Assembly (NCBI GenBank): GCA_965242865.1
Contig: CBDETK010000013.1
Coordinates: forward strand, 800,001 to 864,000
DNA from: Candidatus Latescibacterota bacterium
GTDB lineage: Bacteria; Latescibacterota; UBA2968; UBA8231
Length of the DNA: 64,000 nucleotides
Direction: 5' to 3'
Shown here: piece by piece, positions 22,704-31,384 of the stretch
Layout of the letters: each line of letters begins with the position of its first letter
Position numbering within the stretch: position 1 is the stretch's first letter
Translations under genes and position numbers: made by a program
Notes under the pieces: generated by a model
What the model was told of the DNA's origin: nothing
What the model saw: the letters and a program-made list of their open reading frames with translations, nothing else
Database searches by the model: none

Positions 22704-24122
22704 ATGACGAGCACAAAGCAGAAATCGGTCTTAATCGCCGATGACCAGCGGGAATTGCGCGCGATGTTGGCGGAGAAACTCCGCAGCTTGGGCAAGGAGG
22801 TCATTGCGTTTTCCAACGGCCAGCGGCTGCTCGGGCATTTGGCGGCTAGGCCGACCGAGGTCGAGCTGGTGGTGCTCGATTTGGACTTTGGCGTGGGCCA
22901 GCCCAATGGCCTCGAAGTGCTGAAAGAGATCAAAACGCGCTGGGCCGAGCTGCCGGTTATCATTCTGACGGGCAAGGGAAGCATTGACTTGGCGGTCGAA
23001 GCCGTGCAGGCCGGGGCGGCCGACTTTATCGAGAAGGACTTGTACGTCGAAGACAAGCTCGAAGTGGAGATGGAAAAGGTCGAGCGGATGCTGGTGGTAC
23101 TGCGCGAAAACGCCCGGCTCAAGGCCGAGAACGAGGCCCTAGATCGCGATAACGCCTTTTATCGGACCCAGCTAGGCCAGCGCTATCGGCTCGTCAGTTC
23201 CAGTCCCCTAATTCAGAACCTACTCGCGCAAGTTGAACAGATCGCCTCCATCCCGCGCCCGGTGTTGATCCGCGGCGAGCGCGGCACGGGCAAGGAGCTG
23301 ATCGCCGCGGCCTTGCACTACGGGAGCAACCGCCGCGCCCGAGCCTTTGTCAAGGTGAACTGCGCGGCGCTGTCGGATACCCTACTCGAAAGCGAGTTGT
23401 TTGGCCACGAAAAGGGGGCCTTTACCGGGGCGAACAAAATGCGCCGCGGTCGCTTTGAAGCCGCCGACGGCGGGACGCTCTTTCTCGACGAAATCGGCAA
23501 CACTTCACTCGACTTCCAAAAAAATGTATTGCGCGTCATAGAATACCAAGAATTTGAACGCACCGGCGGGACCCAGACCATTCGCGTTGACGTGCGGGTC
23601 GTGGCCGCGACCAACGCGGACTTGGAGCGGGAAATAGCCAGCGGGCAATTCCGCGCCGATCTCTACGACCGCCTGCGGTTCAGCGTCCTCGAGTTGCCCC
23701 CCCTGCGGGAGCGGCCCGAGGACATCCGGCCTTTGGTGGAGTACTTTACTCAGCAGCTATGCGACGAAGTGCCGGCCATTGCCCGACGCCCGTTCGCCGA
23801 AGCCGTGTTGGCCAAGCTGGAGAGCTACGCTTGGCCGGGTAATGTGCGCGAGCTCAAATTCGCTGTTGAGCGCGCCCTCTGCGTCGCGCAAGGAGCCGTA
23901 GTGGGCGTGGGGGATTTGCCCCCAGAAGTGCGCGGCGGCCGGGGCGTCGCCTTGGCCGAAGGAGGCAGTTTCGACGAGCAAGTCGAGCGCGTCGAGCGAG
24001 GCTTGCTCGACGGCGCGCTGGCGCAGGTGGGCGGGCGGCAGAAAGACGCGGCCCAGCACTTGGGCTTGACCTACGACCGCTTTCGGCACTTGCTCCGCAA
24101 ATACCAAATCGCGACCAAATGA
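22704..24122 (+). CDS. Sigma-54 enhancer-binding response regulator (REC-AAA+-HTH), PspF-like
   Basis: IADD...VLDLD receiver; GERGTGKELIA, GAFTGA, FLDEI, LRVIEY, WPGNVREL; HTH QKDAAQHLGLTYDRFRHLLRKY. Confidence 0.92.
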   Translation: MTSTKQKSVLIADDQRELRAMLAEKLRSLGKEVIAFSNGQRLLGHLAARPTEVELVVLDLDFGVGQPNGLEVLKEIKTRWAELPVIILTGKGSIDLAVEAVQAGAADFIEKDLYVEDKLEVEMEKVERMLVVLRENARLKAENEALDRDNAFYRTQLGQRYRLVSSSPLIQNLLAQVEQIASIPRPVLIRGERGTGKELIAAALHYGSNRRARAFVKVNCAALSDTLLESELFGHEKGAFTGANKMRRGRFEAADGGTLFLDEIGNTSLDFQKNVLRVIEYQEFERTGGTQTIRVDVRVVAATNADLEREIASGQFRADLYDRLRFSVLELPPLRERPEDIRPLVEYFTQQLCDEVPAIARRPFAEAVLAKLESYAWPGNVRELKFAVERALCVAQGAVVGVGDLPPEVRGGRGVALAEGGSFDEQVERVERGLLDGALAQVGGRQKDAAQHLGLTYDRFRHLLRKYQIATK

Positions 24123-24152
24123 CCCAGACAGGTCGTTTGGGAGGATGGGCGG

Positions 24153-24181
24153 TTGACAACCCCGGTGCCCCCAAGTATTAT
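24153..24181 (+). promoter_or_regulatory. Sigma-70 promoter for the iscU-sod-prx genes
   Basis: TTGACA-N17-TATTAT. Confidence 0.75.
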
Positions 24182-24228
24182 ACCAAACCACTTTTCAGCC
24201 CTCTTACACTAGCTGTTGAAACGAGTAG

Positions 24229-24606
24229 ATGACTTCCTTGAGCGGAGCGGTTTTCGACCACTACCGGCACCCTCGCAACGCCGGGCAGATCGACGACGCC
24301 AATGCCTCGGGGCAAGCGGACAATCCGGCCTGCGGCGACGCAATGCAGCTTTTTGCCCGCGTTGAAAACGGCCGCATCGTCCGCGCTAGCTGCAAGACCT
24401 TTGGCTGCGCGCCTGCGGTCGCAGCGGGCTCCGTGCTCACCGAGTTGCTGGCCGGTTTGCCACTGGCGGACGCAGCCCAGCTCGGGCCGGCCGCTATTGA
24501 AGAGGCCCTAGGGGGGCTGCCGCCGATGAAGCGCCACGCCGCTCAACTGGCCGCTGACGCGACTCAGGCCCTAGTGAAAAACTACCAAGCCAGTACAGCC
24601 TCCTAA
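24229..24606 (+). CDS. IscU/NifU-N-like scaffold protein lacking the third Cys
   Basis: [29 protein letters not shown]. Confidence 0.85.
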   Translation: MTSLSGAVFDHYRHPRNAGQIDDANASGQADNPACGDAMQLFARVENGRIVRASCKTFGCAPAVAAGSVLTELLAGLPLADAAQLGPAAIEEALGGLPPMKRHAAQLAADATQALVKNYQASTAS

Positions 24607-24652
24607 CGCATTTTCACCTCGCCTTTTAACCTCAAGCCGAAAGGATTGCACC

Positions 24653-25273
24653 ATGGCTCATTCCCTTCCCGATCTCCCCTACGCCTACGACGCGCTGGAG
24701 CCCGTCATAGACGCCCGCACCATGGAGATTCACCACACCAAGCATCACAATACGTACGTGACGAGCCTCAACGCCGCGCTCGAAGGGCACGACGACTTGG
24801 CCGCCAAAACCGTCGAAGACCTCATCTGCGACCTCGACGCCGTCCCCGAGGGCATCCGCACGGCAGTTCAGAACCACGGCGGCGGCCATGCCAACCACAG
24901 CCTGTTTTGGCAGATCATGGCCCCAGAAGGGGAGCGCGGCGAGCCTTCGGCCGAGTTCATTGCCGCGGCCGAAGCCGCCTTTGGCAGCGTGGCCGAAGCC
25001 TGCCAAGCCTTCGCACAAGCCGCAACCACCCGGTTCGGCAGCGGCTGGGCTTGGCTCGTAGTCAAGGACGGCCAGCTCGGCATCCTCAGCACCGCCAATC
25101 AGGACAATCCCCTAATGACCGGTGCCGGAGTGCCCATCCTCGGCCTCGATGTCTGGGAACACGCCTATTATCTCACCTACCAAAACCGCCGGCCCGACTA
25201 CATCGCGGCTTGGGCCGACATCGTCAACTGGGCCGAAGTCAGCCGCCGTTTTGCCACGGCGACGGGGAGTTAG
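24653..25273 (+). CDS. sodA: Superoxide dismutase, Mn-type signature
   Basis: [37 protein letters not shown]. Confidence 0.97.
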   Translation: MAHSLPDLPYAYDALEPVIDARTMEIHHTKHHNTYVTSLNAALEGHDDLAAKTVEDLICDLDAVPEGIRTAVQNHGGGHANHSLFWQIMAPEGERGEPSAEFIAAAEAAFGSVAEACQAFAQAATTRFGSGWAWLVVKDGQLGILSTANQDNPLMTGAGVPILGLDVWEHAYYLTYQNRRPDYIAAWADIVNWAEVSRRFATATGS

Positions 25274-25276
25274 CCA

Positions 25277-25744
25277 ATGGCGATCCAAGTAGGGGATAAA
25301 GCGCCAGCATTCACGCTCAAGAATGCGGCTATGGAGGACGTCCGGCTCGAGGACTTCAGCGGCCAGACCGTGCTCCTGCTCTTCGTGCCGTTGGCCTTTA
25401 CAGGCGTCTGCACCGAGGAGGTCTGTCAGATGTCCGCCGAAGTGAATGATTACGCGGAGCTAGGGGCGCGCGTCATGGCCATCAGCGTAGATAGTCCGTT
25501 CAGCCTCAAGGCCTGGGCCGACAAGGAGGGCATTGCGATTCCGTTGCTCAGCGATTTCAACAAGGAAGTATCGGCCGCCTACGGCGCCCAATTTGAAGAC
25601 CTGCTAGGGTTCAAGGGCGTGGCCAAACGCTCGGCCTTCGTCGTGGACGGACGAGGCATCGTCCGCTACGCTTGGGTGTCCGACGATCCCAAGGTCTTGC
25701 CGGATTTTGCGGCGATTAAGGCGTGTTTGCAATCGCTTAACTGA
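25277..25744 (+). CDS. Peroxiredoxin (AhpE-like)
   Basis: PLAFTGVCTEE (PxxxTxxC), ISVDS, LLSDF, KRSAFVVD. Confidence 0.9.
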   Translation: MAIQVGDKAPAFTLKNAAMEDVRLEDFSGQTVLLLFVPLAFTGVCTEEVCQMSAEVNDYAELGARVMAISVDSPFSLKAWADKEGIAIPLLSDFNKEVSAAYGAQFEDLLGFKGVAKRSAFVVDGRGIVRYAWVSDDPKVLPDFAAIKACLQSLN

Positions 25745-25827
25745 ATCGAGTAGAGTGGGCAAAGGCTCTCAAGGCTTTGCCCCTCTTTTATCTTTCTATC
25801 TATCGTGCCCGCAAAGGAAAGCGCGCA

Positions 25828-26424
25828 ATGGAAGATGCTGCGAACCCGAGTTGGCTCCGGGGCCAGAACAAGGCCAAGGCCGCCGAAATAGCCAGCCACT
25901 TTGCCCAGATCATGCAGGTTTTGGGGCTCGACTTGAGCGACCCGCACCTGCGGGGTACGCCGGATCGCGTCGGGCGGATGTACATGGAGATATTTCGGGA
26001 GCTGGGCGACCAAGGCGAACCGGCGATTACCTGCTTTCCCAACAGCGATCGCTACGGCAACATGGTGCTCGTCAAGGACATCGAGTTTTTTTCGGTGTGT
26101 TCCCACCATCTAATCCCGTTTTTCGGCAAGGCCCACATCGCGTACATCCCTGGGGACGCAATCGTCGGCTTGAGCAAAATTGTGCGCATCGTCGAATTCT
26201 ACGCCCGCCGGCCCCAGCTACAAGAGCGTCTCACCGAGCAAATTGTGGACTTCCTCGAAGCCAAGCTGGCGCCCAAAGGCTCCATCGTCGTAATGGAAGC
26301 TCGGCACCTGTGCATGGAGATGCGGGGGGTGGAAAGGCCCGGAGCGGTGACGACCACTTCGGCGCTGCGGGGCCGTTTTGCCGAGCCGGTCGTGCGCGAG
26401 GAATTTTTCAATTTAATCAAGTAA
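25828..26424 (+). CDS. folE: GTP cyclohydrolase I
   Basis: TPDRV, SVCSHH, GLSK, RRPQLQERLT, HLCMEMRG. Confidence 0.95.
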   Translation: MEDAANPSWLRGQNKAKAAEIASHFAQIMQVLGLDLSDPHLRGTPDRVGRMYMEIFRELGDQGEPAITCFPNSDRYGNMVLVKDIEFFSVCSHHLIPFFGKAHIAYIPGDAIVGLSKIVRIVEFYARRPQLQERLTEQIVDFLEAKLAPKGSIVVMEARHLCMEMRGVERPGAVTTTSALRGRFAEPVVREEFFNLIK

Positions 26425-26445
26425 TCCACGGAACACGGGACGAAC

Positions 26446-27807
26446 ATGGCTGAGATTCAAGAGCAGGTGCAGGTGCTGCCGGCGCCTACCAACTCAGTAC
26501 TCGATACCTCGCACCGAGACTTGCGCGACGACGACTATTGGCGCGCCATTCCCGCCTATGCTGATTTGCGGGCCGATGAGTTCCACGAGCACCGCTTTCA
26601 GAGCCGCAATAGCGTGACGAGCCTGAAGAAGCTGCGGGAGGTTCTCGGCCCCCTCGTTTCAGAGGCGTTTTATCGAGATGTGGAGCAGGGGCTGTTGCGC
26701 TCGCCGATGAGCCTGCGGATTTCCCCGTACCTAGTGAGCTTGATCGACTGGTCGGAGCCAGCCGACGACCCGCTGCGCATTCAGTTTTTGCCCATGGTGT
26801 CGCGGGTGCGGCCCGATCACCCCGAGCTCGCCCTCGACTCGCTGCACGAGCAAGTGGATTCCCCCGTGCCGGGCCTGACACACCGCTACGCCGACCGAGC
26901 GCTGTTTCTGACGCTCGACACCTGTCCGGTGTACTGTCGTTTTTGCACACGCTCCTATGCGGTGGGGTTGGATACCGAGGATGTGGAGAAAGTGCATTTT
27001 GGGGCCGTTGTCCAGCGGTGGGAGCAGGTCTTTGCCTATATTGCTGGGCGGCCCGAGTTGGAAGACATCGTCATCAGCGGCGGCGACGTGGCCAACCTCA
27101 AGGCCGAGCACGTCGAATACATCGGCACTCGCTTGCTCGGCATTGAGCACGTGCGGCGGATGCGCTACGCGACCAAAGCACCGGCGATTATGCCGCAGAA
27201 ACTCGTCACAGACCGCGAGTGGGTCGATGCTCTTACGCGGGTCGTCGAAGCGGGGCGCAAGGTCCACAAGGAAGTCGCGCTGCACACGCATTTCAACCAC
27301 CCGGGCGAAATCACCGCCATCAGCGGCCGCGCCCTCGACGCATTGATGGAGCGCGGGATCGGGGTGCGCAACCAAACCGTCCTGCAAAGAGGGGTCAACG
27401 ACGACGTCGACACCATGCAGCTCCTCGTGCGGCGGCTCAGCTACCTCAACGTGCATCCCTATTACACCTTTGTCCACGATATGGTGCGCGGGGTCGAGGA
27501 GTTGCGCACGACCTTGGCCGCGGCAATTTCCCTAGAGAAGGCGGTTCGGGGGCGGACCGCGGGGTTTAATACGCCGGCCTTTGTGCTCGACACCATGGGC
27601 GGCGGCGGCAAGCGCGATGTCCACTCGTACGAACACTACGATCGCCAGACGGGCATCGCCGTATTTACCAGCCCAGCCGTGCGGCCGGGTGAATTCTTCT
27701 TTTACTTTGATCCCCTAGATGCGCTCGACCCGCTCACCGTCCAGCGCTGGAGCGACCCGGCCGAACGCGCCGCCATGCGCCAAGCGGCGCTAGCGGCCAG
27801 CCTCTAG
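26446..27807 (+). CDS. KamA-family radical SAM aminomutase (lysine 2,3-aminomutase-like)
   Basis: DSLHE, GLTHRY, CPVYCRFCTR, SGGD, HFNHP, NQTVL.RGVND, GGGGK. Confidence 0.92.
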   Translation: MAEIQEQVQVLPAPTNSVLDTSHRDLRDDDYWRAIPAYADLRADEFHEHRFQSRNSVTSLKKLREVLGPLVSEAFYRDVEQGLLRSPMSLRISPYLVSLIDWSEPADDPLRIQFLPMVSRVRPDHPELALDSLHEQVDSPVPGLTHRYADRALFLTLDTCPVYCRFCTRSYAVGLDTEDVEKVHFGAVVQRWEQVFAYIAGRPELEDIVISGGDVANLKAEHVEYIGTRLLGIEHVRRMRYATKAPAIMPQKLVTDREWVDALTRVVEAGRKVHKEVALHTHFNHPGEITAISGRALDALMERGIGVRNQTVLQRGVNDDVDTMQLLVRRLSYLNVHPYYTFVHDMVRGVEELRTTLAAAISLEKAVRGRTAGFNTPAFVLDTMGGGGKRDVHSYEHYDRQTGIAVFTSPAVRPGEFFFYFDPLDALDPLTVQRWSDPAERAAMRQAALAASL

Positions 27808-27903
27808 ACGCAGCGAGTGGAAGTCGGAAGTCCGCAAGCGTCTATGTAGTTGAGTAGCCGCTAGTAGCAGCAATTAACCTCAAGACGATCAAGGCGTACA
27901 GCA

Positions 27904-29529
27904 ATGGAATATCCAGATATGATCCAAGCACTCGTGGGCTTGGGCCTGCTCGCGTTGGGCGGCGGTCTGGGTTTTCTGCTGAGTTATCAATTAAAAAAGG
28001 GCGTCCTGCCCCAAGTAGAGAAAGAGGCAGAAGACCGAGTGCGGCAGCAGTTGGCCGAAGAAGGGCAGGCGGTGCGGTTGAGCTTGCTCGAGGAGCGAGA
28101 TAATTGGTATCAAACCAAAGCCCGCCAAGAGGCCGAGCTAGAAGATCAGTTGGCCGCTCTAAACCGCCGCGACCAGAGCTTGGCCCAGCTCGTGCGCGAT
28201 CTCAACAGCGAGAAAGAGGAGCAGACCCGGGCGTGGAACCGCCTCAAAAACCAGGAGCGGCAGCTTGGCCAGCGCGAACAGACCCTAAAGGAAGAAGCCG
28301 AGGAACTGGACCAGCTGCGCGCCGAGTACCAGCAACGCCTAGAGCTGGCCAGTGGCCTGCCCGCAGACGAGGCGCGCGAACAAATGATGGAGCAGCTGGC
28401 CAGCGAGGTCCGCGGGCGAGCCGCGGCCATGATCCGCAGCGAGCGCACCAAGGCCAAGGAAGAGTCCGATCGAGAGGCCAAAAAAATCATCGCCCAAGCC
28501 ATTCAGCGCTGTGCTGTTGAAGAGACCGTCCACTTGGTCACCTCGGCTGTGCCCTTGCCCAACGAGGGCATCAAAAGCCGCATCATCGGCAAGGAAGGGC
28601 GCAATGTGCGCGCCTTTGAGACGGCGACCGGCGTCAAGGTGGTGGTCGATGATACGCCGGATGCCGTGTTGCTTTCGTCCTACGATCCAGCCAGACGCGA
28701 AGTGGCTAGCCGGGCGATGCACCAGCTGATCGGCGGTGGCGGCTTCACCCCGGTCAAGATCGAGGAAGTGGTAGCGGACTGCCGTAGGGCCCTACACAAA
28801 GACATGGTCGAGGTCGGCAAGAGTGCGCTCCGCGAGATCGGGGCCAGCCAGTATCACCCGGATTTGCCCTATTACGTGGGCATGCTCAAGTATCGCGCTA
28901 GTTTTGGCCAAAACCTCCTACAACACTGCCTAGAGGTCGCCCATTTGTCCGGGGGCATGGCCGCGGAGGTCGGATTGGATGTGCCGTTGGCCAAGCGGGC
29001 CGGCCTCTTGCACGACATCGGCAAGACCGTCAGCAAGGAGATGGAAGGCGGCCACGTCGAATTGGGCATTAAGTTGGGAGAGCGCTTTGACGAGCATCCG
29101 ATCGTGCGGGAAGTCATCGCCGAGCACCACGGGGATGACGAGCGTCTTTCCCCGATCTGCTTCTTGGTGAAGGCAGCGGATACCATATCGTCGATCCGGC
29201 CGGGGGGGCGGCGCGAAGACCTCGAAGGCTATACCCGCCGCATCACGCGCTTAAAAGAAATCGCGACCGCGTTTACCGGGGTCAAAGACGTGTACGCCAT
29301 CAACGCCGGCCGCGAAATCCGCGTCATGGTCTGCGGCGAGCAAATCGGCGATGAAGACGCGGAGATGCTCGCGTTCGACATAGCCAAGCGCGTCAAAACC
29401 GAATTGACCTTTGCCGGCCAAGTCAAGGTCGTGGTCATGCGCCAGACGCAGGTGGTGCGCCATATTGAGCACAATGGCAGCGGTCGTGGGGTGCGCCGGG
29501 GCGGCGACAGCGGAGCGATGCGTGGCTGA
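27904..29529 (+). CDS. rny: Ribonuclease Y
   Basis: N-terminal TM, coiled coil, KH motif RIIGKEGRN, HD motif LLHDIGK, AINAGREIRV. Confidence 0.93.
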   Translation: MEYPDMIQALVGLGLLALGGGLGFLLSYQLKKGVLPQVEKEAEDRVRQQLAEEGQAVRLSLLEERDNWYQTKARQEAELEDQLAALNRRDQSLAQLVRDLNSEKEEQTRAWNRLKNQERQLGQREQTLKEEAEELDQLRAEYQQRLELASGLPADEAREQMMEQLASEVRGRAAAMIRSERTKAKEESDREAKKIIAQAIQRCAVEETVHLVTSAVPLPNEGIKSRIIGKEGRNVRAFETATGVKVVVDDTPDAVLLSSYDPARREVASRAMHQLIGGGGFTPVKIEEVVADCRRALHKDMVEVGKSALREIGASQYHPDLPYYVGMLKYRASFGQNLLQHCLEVAHLSGGMAAEVGLDVPLAKRAGLLHDIGKTVSKEMEGGHVELGIKLGERFDEHPIVREVIAEHHGDDERLSPICFLVKAADTISSIRPGGRREDLEGYTRRITRLKEIATAFTGVKDVYAINAGREIRVMVCGEQIGDEDAEMLAFDIAKRVKTELTFAGQVKVVVMRQTQVVRHIEHNGSGRGVRRGGDSGAMRG

Positions 29530-30691
29530 CCAAGACCGAAAAATCGTCGTGCTCGGCTGCACCGGGTCCATTGGCGACACGTGCTTTAAGGTCCTCGAAA
29601 ACTTGGGACCCGGGTACGAGCTCGTGGGCTTGGCAGGGGGGGGCCAGCTCGAAAAGCTGATCGGGCGCGCCCGCCGCTGGCAGCCGCAAAAAATTTGCGT
29701 CCTAGACGCCGCGGCGAGAAAACAGGTGCAGAGCGCAGTGCCCCGGGCTGAGGTCGTTTGCGGCGCACAGGGGTTGTGCGAGCTCGCCGCGATGCCGGAG
29801 GCCGATCTAGTGCTCAATGGGCTCGTCGGCGCCGTCGGCCTCGGCCCGACGCTGGCAGCGTTGGCCGAGGGCAAGACCGTGGCCATGGCCAATAAGGAGC
29901 CCTTGGTCATGGCCGGCGGCCTCATTTTGCAGCAGGCCCAGCGCAGCGGGGGGACCGTGCTGCCGTTGGACAGCGAGCCCAACGCCATCTGGCAATGTCT
30001 GAAGGGCGAACACCGCTCCAGCCTGCAACGGATCGTCCTCACGGCCTCGGGAGGGCCGTTCTTTGGGTACTGCCGCGCCCAGCTGCGCACCATCACCCCA
30101 GAGCAGGCCATCGAGCACCCCACTTGGAAAATGGGTCCCAAGATCAGCGTGGATTCGGCAACCCTGATGAACAAAGGCTTTGAGGTCATCGAGGCGACTT
30201 GGCTGTTTGGCGTTGCGGTCGAGCAAGTAGAGGTGGTCGTACACCGCCAGTCGGTCGTGCATGCGCTGGTCGAATTTGCCGATGGATCGCTGCTAGCGCA
30301 CTTGGGGCCAACCGATATGATGCTGCCGATTCAATACGCCCTGACCCACCCGCAGCGGCGGCCGGTGCCGCTCGACCGCCTCGACCTCGCGCAGGTGGGC
30401 CAACTGAGTTTTGCCGCTCCAGACCGGGCGAATTTTCCCGGGCTGGAGCTGTGCTACGCAGCGGGCCGCAGCGGGGGGACCGCGCCCGCCGCTCTCAACG
30501 CGGCCAATGAGGAAGCGGTGGGTGCCTTTTTGGCGCGGCAAATCGGGTTTCTCGACATCGCCGACCTGAACCGCGACGTGCTGGCCCGCTGCGGCGCGCA
30601 GGAGGCGGTTTCCCTCGAATCCATCCTAGAGGCAGACCGCTATGCGCGGCGGCTGGCGCGGGAGTGGGTCGCCGGACGGAGTGACTTATGA
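29522..30691 (+). CDS. dxr: 1-deoxy-D-xylulose-5-phosphate reductoisomerase
   Basis: LGCTGSIG, ANKE, PLDSE, LTASGGPF, HPTWKMGPKISVDSATLMNKG, NAANE. Confidence 0.97.
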   Translation: MADQDRKIVVLGCTGSIGDTCFKVLENLGPGYELVGLAGGGQLEKLIGRARRWQPQKICVLDAAARKQVQSAVPRAEVVCGAQGLCELAAMPEADLVLNGLVGAVGLGPTLAALAEGKTVAMANKEPLVMAGGLILQQAQRSGGTVLPLDSEPNAIWQCLKGEHRSSLQRIVLTASGGPFFGYCRAQLRTITPEQAIEHPTWKMGPKISVDSATLMNKGFEVIEATWLFGVAVEQVEVVVHRQSVVHALVEFADGSLLAHLGPTDMMLPIQYALTHPQRRPVPLDRLDLAQVGQLSFAAPDRANFPGLELCYAAGRSGGTAPAALNAANEEAVGAFLARQIGFLDIADLNRDVLARCGAQEAVSLESILEADRYARRLAREWVAGRSDL

Positions 30692-30954
30692 AGGAAGACA
30701 CCAACGCAGCACGGCAGAGAGCCTTGGTACTATGCCAGAAGGTGAGCCGCATCAACATCGGGATCATCCTCGCGGCTTTCGCGCTCATCCTCCTCCTGAC
30801 CACGGTCTCGACCGCAGAGTGGGTGCGGGCGACCGGCAAGGGGCTGTACTATGTCATCGTCTCCCAGATCCTCGCGTCGGTCGGGGCTTGGTACTATCGC
30901 ACCCGCTTGGAGAAAGCACGGGTTGAGGAAGGCCGCTCGCATGGAGACCATTAA
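30688..30954 (+). CDS. Small 2-TM membrane protein
   Basis: ATGA coupling with dxr, two hydrophobic helices, fills the gap before queD. Confidence 0.65.
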   Translation: MKEDTNAARQRALVLCQKVSRINIGIILAAFALILLLTTVSTAEWVRATGKGLYYVIVSQILASVGAWYYRTRLEKARVEEGRSHGDH

Positions 30955-31381
30955 GGCCCAAGGCAAATTCCACGCGGCCCATCGGCTGCTAGACTACGAT
31001 GGCAAATGCGCCTACGTCCACGGGCATACTTGGCGCGGCGCGTTCGTCGTCCGCGCCGAGCGCTTTCCGCGGCGCGAAAAACTGGACCTAGCCATCGACT
31101 TTGGTGCGCTCAAGGACATCTTCAAATTTTTGGATCACAAGATGCTGGTGGCCGCTCGGGATGCGACCTTTCTCGATGCCAAGCTCTTTGACCCGCAGGG
31201 GGTCGTGGTCGTGCCGGGCGACAACCCGAGCGTGGAAAACGTGGCCGAGTACTGCCTCGACCAAGCGGTGGAGGTTTTGCAGGGGCTGCTTCCGCGCCGG
31301 GGCGAGCAGTACCACATCGAAGTTTCCATCCAAGAAACCGACAACAATTTCTTTGTTGCCGAGCGCCTGCTGCGCTGCTGA
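30941..31381 (+). CDS. queD: 6-carboxytetrahydropterin synthase / PTPS
   Basis: FHAAHRL, CAYVHGH (CX3HGH), DFGALK, LDH, NPSVEN, QET. Confidence 0.85.
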   Translation: METIKAQGKFHAAHRLLDYDGKCAYVHGHTWRGAFVVRAERFPRREKLDLAIDFGALKDIFKFLDHKMLVAARDATFLDAKLFDPQGVVVVPGDNPSVENVAEYCLDQAVEVLQGLLPRRGEQYHIEVSIQETDNNFFVAERLLRC

Positions 31382-31384
31382 GCG

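Noticed and set aside
27808-27903. Possible 6S or other ncRNA upstream of rny
   Set aside because: Only 96 bp, with no long rod-like pairing.
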